This document shows, piece by piece, positions 59,620 to 64,000 of a stretch of DNA of 64,000 nucleotides (positions are counted from its first letter, which is position 1; each line of letters starts with the position of its first letter). Origin of the DNA: a bacterium (GTDB taxonomy: Bacteria; Bacteroidota; Bacteroidia; UKL13-3); the NCBI GenBank assembly GCA_034439755.1, contig JAWXAZ010000121.1, positions 8,412-72,411 on the forward strand, read 5' to 3'. The notes beneath the pieces are model-generated. The model did no database searches. It saw only the letters and a program-made list of their open reading frames with translations, and had not been told where the DNA came from. The position numbers were made by a program, and so were the translations under genes.

Positions 59620-60893
59620 TTTTAGATAGAAATATTGCGCCTGCATTTCATGCGGTTAAATCGCTAAACTTTCCAGACTATCACACCTATGAAGTAAGAG
59701 ATGGGCTATTGTTATACGGTTTAAATGCTGGCACACAAGAGGTTATTAGGTTAGACTTAATATTTAACGCGGGATTAATTAAGCAAATCAGCTTAGCACA
59801 ATCGGCATTTACGGCTAGCATGTTAAGCGAGGGCACCTCTCACAAGAGTGCGAAGGATCTTGCAGAGGCCTTAGATTATTATGGCTCCTATTTTCAAACC
59901 CGCAACAATGCAGACGATGCCGTTGCTACGCTATACTGTTTAGAAAAACACTTAAGTAAGTGCTTGCCTTTGTTTATTGAGGCGCTAACCGATTCGATAT
60001 TTCCTGAAAAGGAATTACAGATTCAAAAGAAGAATAGCATTCAGAAACTAATGGTTAATGAAAAGAAAAACAGCTATTTGTGTAAGAAAAGTTACTATGC
60101 AAACATGTATGGCAAAGAGCACCCGTATTCTTCTTTTAGCACTAAAGAATCGATAGAAGCCGTTAACAGGGAATCGCTGCAAAGCTTTTATTCTAGCAAC
60201 TATATACTGGGTTTAAAATACCTGATGATATCTGGGAAATACAAAGATGAAATTATAAATCAGATTATAGAGGAAATGAGGAGTACGCCCTTTCAATTAG
60301 ACTCTTCTGAAAACCTCGACATACAAGGCAAGAGCAATCAAGGAAAACATTTCATTGAAAAAAACGACTCAGTTCAATCGGCCATTAGAATAGGCAAGCA
60401 AAGCATTTCTAGGTCGCACCCAGAGTTTAGAAAACTACAGTTTCTTAACCTAATTTTTGGCGGATATTTTGGATCAAGATTAATGAAAAATATCAGGGAA
60501 GACAAAGGCCTTACCTATGGTATTTATTCCGTTATTGAGCCAAATTTAATAGGCTCTTCTTGGTATATTGACTCTGATATAAACACAAAAAACAGGAGTC
60601 TGGGCTTAGAGGAAATCTACAAGGAGATGGCCAAGATTAGGGAGGAGCTAATTCCTGAGGCAGAAATTGAAACAGCTCGAAACTACTATCTAGGCTCGTT
60701 TCTTAGGAGTTTGGACGGACCCTTTTCATTGGCAGATCGCCTTAAAATACTAATCGATTATAAGTTGCCCAATACTTATTACCCAGAATTTGTAGAAATA
60801 TTAAACTCCCTTGGCGCAAAGGAGTTACAGGAACTTGCACAAAAATACTTCTCAGAGCAAAATATCGTTGAGGTAATAGTAGGTAAAAAGTGA
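59616..60893 (+). CDS. M16-family peptidase-like protein lacking HxxEH (non-catalytic partner subunit)
   Basis: M16 C-terminal-type fold signatures without the zinc motif. ATG at 59616 overlaps the upstream TGA (ATGA). Confidence 0.7.
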   Translation: MILDRNIAPAFHAVKSLNFPDYHTYEVRDGLLLYGLNAGTQEVIRLDLIFNAGLIKQISLAQSAFTASMLSEGTSHKSAKDLAEALDYYGSYFQTRNNADDAVATLYCLEKHLSKCLPLFIEALTDSIFPEKELQIQKKNSIQKLMVNEKKNSYLCKKSYYANMYGKEHPYSSFSTKESIEAVNRESLQSFYSSNYILGLKYLMISGKYKDEIINQIIEEMRSTPFQLDSSENLDIQGKSNQGKHFIEKNDSVQSAIRIGKQSISRSHPEFRKLQFLNLIFGGYFGSRLMKNIREDKGLTYGIYSVIEPNLIGSSWYIDSDINTKNRSLGLEEIYKEMAKIREELIPEAEIETARNYYLGSFLRSLDGPFSLADRLKILIDYKLPNTYYPEFVEILNSLGAKELQELAQKYFSEQNIVEVIVGKK

Positions 60894-62614
60894 AAAAAAT
60901 TCTCGTCATCATAATGCTCTCTCTCATGTCTGGAAATGTTATGGCCCAGAAAATAGTCTTTGCTAGAGTATGTAATGGTGGAAACAACAATAATCTTTAT
61001 TGGCAAATTCATGCTAATGCCTGCATCATTGTAGGGAATTTAAAACTCTACTCGAAAGATGCGGATGCTTTGCCATTTTTTTTGTTGGATTCTGGAATTC
61101 TTGTGGCAAGTAAAACCTATAGCCACGTCAATGCTAATGTGCCCAGTACAAAAGACTGGAGCTACTTCTTCACCTACCAAATAATTTGCGGAATTGACAC
61201 AATTTTGGCATCAACAGATACCTTAAAAATAGATGATCAAAAACCTGACTCTACGATCTTAGATTCGGTTAGCATTGATCCCATAACCAATTCGGTAATG
61301 CTGGGGTGGACATCAAACAAAACACCCGACTTTAGTTCCTATTATTTATACAATTATGACAGGGCTGATCCAAGATTAATTGAAAACTATAAAGACACGT
61401 TTTACGTTGACAACAGTACAATTAACCCAAAGTCAAAATCCTTAAGCTACGACATTACGAGTTCGGACAGTTGCGACAATAGGAAGGAATATGGCAATTA
61501 CCAGCATAAAACAATCTGCCTAAAAGGAAGCATAGACACATGCGAGAATAAGATAAGCCTAAATTGGAATGCATATGTTGGGTGGCCAGTAAGAGTATAT
61601 GAGCTTTACCGCAGAATTAACGGAAATACTTTTCAATTGGTAGATTCATTTGCTTCATCGGTGTTATCATTTAATGAAAACATTAATATGGTAAATACAA
61701 AAGTGGAATACTTTGTAAGGGCAAGAAAACTTGGTGTGCCCCATTCTTCGTCTAGTTCCAACATGTCGAGTCTATTCAACACTGGCTTTTCAATAAACCC
61801 ATTTGACACAAAAATTTCTTATGTGAGCAACAATATTGGCAATAATATAGAAGTTAAGGTTGAAAGAAACCCCTTATCTAACTATTTAAGCATAGACCTA
61901 TATAGAATAAGTGAGGCAATGTTTCCTGTATTGGCCCATAGTTTTGCTAGTACAGAGTCGGTCTATATTGACAATGATGCTATCAACACGCTTAAGCACA
62001 CATACTATCTTATGAGCAGAAACATGTGTGGGATAATAACGGACACGAGCGAACTGTCAAACAACATCGTCTTAAAATTATCTGACCTAAACAGCCAACT
62101 GGGTCTAAATTGGGGTCCCTATTTCACGTGGAACACCGGCGTTAAAGAATATATAATTTACAGATCATCAGGAAGTACTGTAGCTGAGGCGAGCAATTTC
62201 GTGGCATTGTCCAATAGTGCAATTGATACAATATACATAGACGATAAGGGTGCTCTTGGGGCCTATTGCTACTATATAAATGCCATTGAGAATGCCGGTT
62301 CAAACACAAGTCAGAGTAACAAAGTATGCTACATCAAGACAGGAAACATATACTACCCTAACGCTATTGTTCCCAATGGGGTAAATAATATTTTCAACTT
62401 TATTGGCGATGGAATAGACCTTTCTAAAAGCTCGTTTCAAGTATATAATAGGTGGGGGCAATTAGAGTATAATACAGAGAGCATGTCTTTAGGCTGGAAA
62501 GGAATAAACAACGCGGGCCAAGATATCCCTGGCGATGTTCTTTTCTTTACTGCACAGATAAGACAGGGCACAGAAACAGTAAATATTAAGGGGAATATAA
62601 CCATAATAAGATAA
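60890..62614 (+). CDS. Secreted protein with T9SS type-B (gliding-motility-associated) C-terminal domain
   Basis: Signal peptide. C-terminal roughly 90 aa YYPNAIVPNGVNNIFNFIGDGIDLSKSSFQVYNRWGQLEYNTE…GWKGIN…GDVLFF… matches the type-B CTD pattern (FxPNGDGxND…YNRWG…W.G). The GTG start overlaps the upstream stop. Confidence 0.65.
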   Translation: MKKILVIIMLSLMSGNVMAQKIVFARVCNGGNNNNLYWQIHANACIIVGNLKLYSKDADALPFFLLDSGILVASKTYSHVNANVPSTKDWSYFFTYQIICGIDTILASTDTLKIDDQKPDSTILDSVSIDPITNSVMLGWTSNKTPDFSSYYLYNYDRADPRLIENYKDTFYVDNSTINPKSKSLSYDITSSDSCDNRKEYGNYQHKTICLKGSIDTCENKISLNWNAYVGWPVRVYELYRRINGNTFQLVDSFASSVLSFNENINMVNTKVEYFVRARKLGVPHSSSSSNMSSLFNTGFSINPFDTKISYVSNNIGNNIEVKVERNPLSNYLSIDLYRISEAMFPVLAHSFASTESVYIDNDAINTLKHTYYLMSRNMCGIITDTSELSNNIVLKLSDLNSQLGLNWGPYFTWNTGVKEYIIYRSSGSTVAEASNFVALSNSAIDTIYIDDKGALGAYCYYINAIENAGSNTSQSNKVCYIKTGNIYYPNAIVPNGVNNIFNFIGDGIDLSKSSFQVYNRWGQLEYNTESMSLGWKGINNAGQDIPGDVLFFTAQIRQGTETVNIKGNITIIR

Positions 62615-63047
62615 GTGAGGATATGTCTGTAAAAGAATCTGTCGATATTACAATCAATTAAAATAGACAAAGCATTAGATGAGCTGCATAAAGGTTTGAT
62701 AAGTTATTAGGAGACAGTAGAACAAGGAAAATGGGGTGTTTATTAGTTAAAGACAAGTTATGGTTCGTGTTCAATCTTATAAACTTAAGAGAATAGGGGC
62801 CGTATTGTTTCCTATAGATAAAACAATCCATTATCACAAATTTAAGAGGCGGGTAATTATATTCATTGATGGCCCTTGTTGTTTGTATTAATAATAAACG
62901 GAATAACAATATTGTAGTGGCCTTTAGTTAAAAGAAATAAGATGCGGTGGATTCAACAATAATTTAAATTGGTTTGGTGATGGGCGCGGTTATAAAATGG
63001 GTCAGGAGCGTGTATTATAAAGAGAAATGGCGTTGAAAATAAGGTAG

Positions 63048-63100
63048 TGTTCCACGTGGAATGGCAAATAGCAAAAACCAAACTGTTCCACGTGGAATGG
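63048..63100. promoter_or_regulatory. Two direct copies, 36 bp apart, of TGTTCCACGTGGAATGG. Each contains the 12-bp perfect palindrome TTCCACGTGGAA. Candidate operator upstream of ybeY.
   Basis: Exact 17-bp matches at 63048-63064 and 63084-63100, about 125 bp upstream of the ybeY start. Confidence 0.5.
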
Positions 63101-63224
63101 TAAAACTTTTAGTGGCTATAGGTTAATGGTGTAAGTAATGATTAATTAGAAAACAATTGCTATTATATGGTATCAAAACAAATTTCTATTGTTCATTGGC
63201 ACACACTTAAAGAAAGGATAAAAC

Positions 63225-63650
63225 ATGATAGTGACAATAACGTTTAATAATATAAAGAAGGTTGTGAGCCTAAATAAAACCAAAACTAAGTTGTGGCTTA
63301 TGAGCGTTTCGATGTCACACAAGGCGGAGATAAAAGAATTAAGTTTTAACTTCTGCTCAGATGAATATATTCTTGAAATGAACAAGGAGCATTTAAACCA
63401 TGATTATTACACAGACATAATAACATTCGACATGGGCGAGCCTGGTGGGGCAATTGAAGGGGATATTTATATTAGTATAGACAGGGTAAAGGAGAATGCA
63501 AAACTAAATAACACAAAGTATGACATGGAACTAAATAGGGTAATGGCACATGGGCTCCTACATCTTATAGGTTTTCAGGATAAAACTATAGACCAACAAA
63601 AAGAGATGCGGTTGGCAGAAGACGGGGCCTTAAAACTTCTAATTGCCTAG
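63225..63650 (+). CDS. ybeY: Endoribonuclease YbeY (rRNA maturation factor)
   Basis: Zinc-binding H-x3-H-x5-H motif (MAHGLLHLIGFQD). Size and layout match YbeY. Confidence 0.85.
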   Translation: MIVTITFNNIKKVVSLNKTKTKLWLMSVSMSHKAEIKELSFNFCSDEYILEMNKEHLNHDYYTDIITFDMGEPGGAIEGDIYISIDRVKENAKLNNTKYDMELNRVMAHGLLHLIGFQDKTIDQQKEMRLAEDGALKLLIA

Positions 63651-63663
63651 TTTCACGTGAAAC
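63650..63663. promoter_or_regulatory. 14-bp perfect palindrome GTTTCACGTGAAAC overlapping the ybeY stop codon, with the same CACGTG core as the upstream sites
   Basis: Read directly from the sequence. Confidence 0.45.
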
Positions 63664-63753
63664 AATGATTTAATTAATTAGTTACAAGGCATTTAGGCTA
63701 GACTTGTATTAATGGGTGGTTACCTCTAATTTTGCCTGCAAATAAAATAAAAA

Positions 63754-64000
63754 ATGTTTAAAGAATACGATGTGATAGTAGTGGGGGCGGGCCACGCGGG
63801 TTGTGAGGCGGCAGCGGCGGCGGCGAACCTTGGTTCTTCTGTTTTACTCATCACAATGGATATGAATAAAATTGCCCAGATGAGCTGTAACCCTGCAATG
63901 GGAGGAATAGCAAAGGGACAAATTGTAAGAGAAATTGATGCCATCGGTGGGTATTCGGGAATAGTGTCTGATAAATCTACAATACAATTTAGAATGCTGA
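63754..64000 (+). CDS. mnmG: tRNA uridine-5-carboxymethylaminomethyl modification enzyme MnmG (GidA), 5' fragment truncated by the window end
   Basis: Hand translation [66 protein letters not shown], the canonical MnmG N-terminal FAD-binding region. Confidence 0.9.
   Translation, partial: MFKEYDVIVVGAGHAGCEAAAAAANLGSSVLLITMDMNKIAQMSCNPAMGGIAKGQIVREIDAIGGYSGIVSDKSTIQFRML

Noticed and set aside
63048-63100. CACGTG sites as eukaryote-style E-boxes or a terminator
   Set aside because: The context is bacterial. The stems are too short to terminate and have no T-run, so they are better interpreted as operator-like palindromes.

Overview
This 64 kb window looks like chromosomal DNA from a Bacteroidota genome. 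The GC content is low. At least four proteins carry type IX secretion (T9SS) C-terminal sorting domains, which together with the fine-scale sequence features points to a Sphingobacteriia/Chitinophagia-like organism. Other genes use TGA as a stop codon, so the standard bacterial code applies.

Most of the window is housekeeping, read from motifs in the supplied ORF translations: metG, mutL, gatA, purQ, tatA, rlmB, an rluB-like pseudouridine synthase, ybeY, the 5' end of mnmG, an icd-family dehydrogenase, a class III aminotransferase and a rhomboid protease. There are also several transporters and two M16 peptidases. Two tRNAs are present, tRNA-Arg(CCT) on the minus strand and tRNA-Ser(GGA) on the plus strand.

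The accessory content is as follows:
- A 3022-aa beta-helix-type T9SS cargo protein sits next to an OmpR/histidine-kinase pair, which in turn is divergent from a tiny Cys/Lys-rich secreted protein.
- A T9SS M1 aminopeptidase, a T9SS GH13 amylase and a T9SS type-B C-terminal-domain protein are present.
- A single protein fuses a GH3 domain to a beta-lactamase-fold domain.
- An SPFH, bacterial-PH and ribbon-helix-helix gene triplet is tightly packed.

The most unusual features are repeats in non-coding DNA:
- An array of 18 copies of a 51-52 bp unit lies in a 1.8 kb gene-free gap.
- Next to it, the rluB-like gene has an N-terminus expanded into about 20 near-identical 57-bp (19-aa) repeats.
- A 114-bp palindrome-bearing tandem repeat abuts tRNA-Ser.
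- Two different families of about 100-130 bp conserved intergenic elements each occur twice in the window.
- CACGTG-core perfect palindromes flank ybeY.
- A roughly 690-bp stretch reads as one frame broken by three stops, suggesting a decaying gene.

No CRISPR array, integrase or obvious phage or defence module was recognised.
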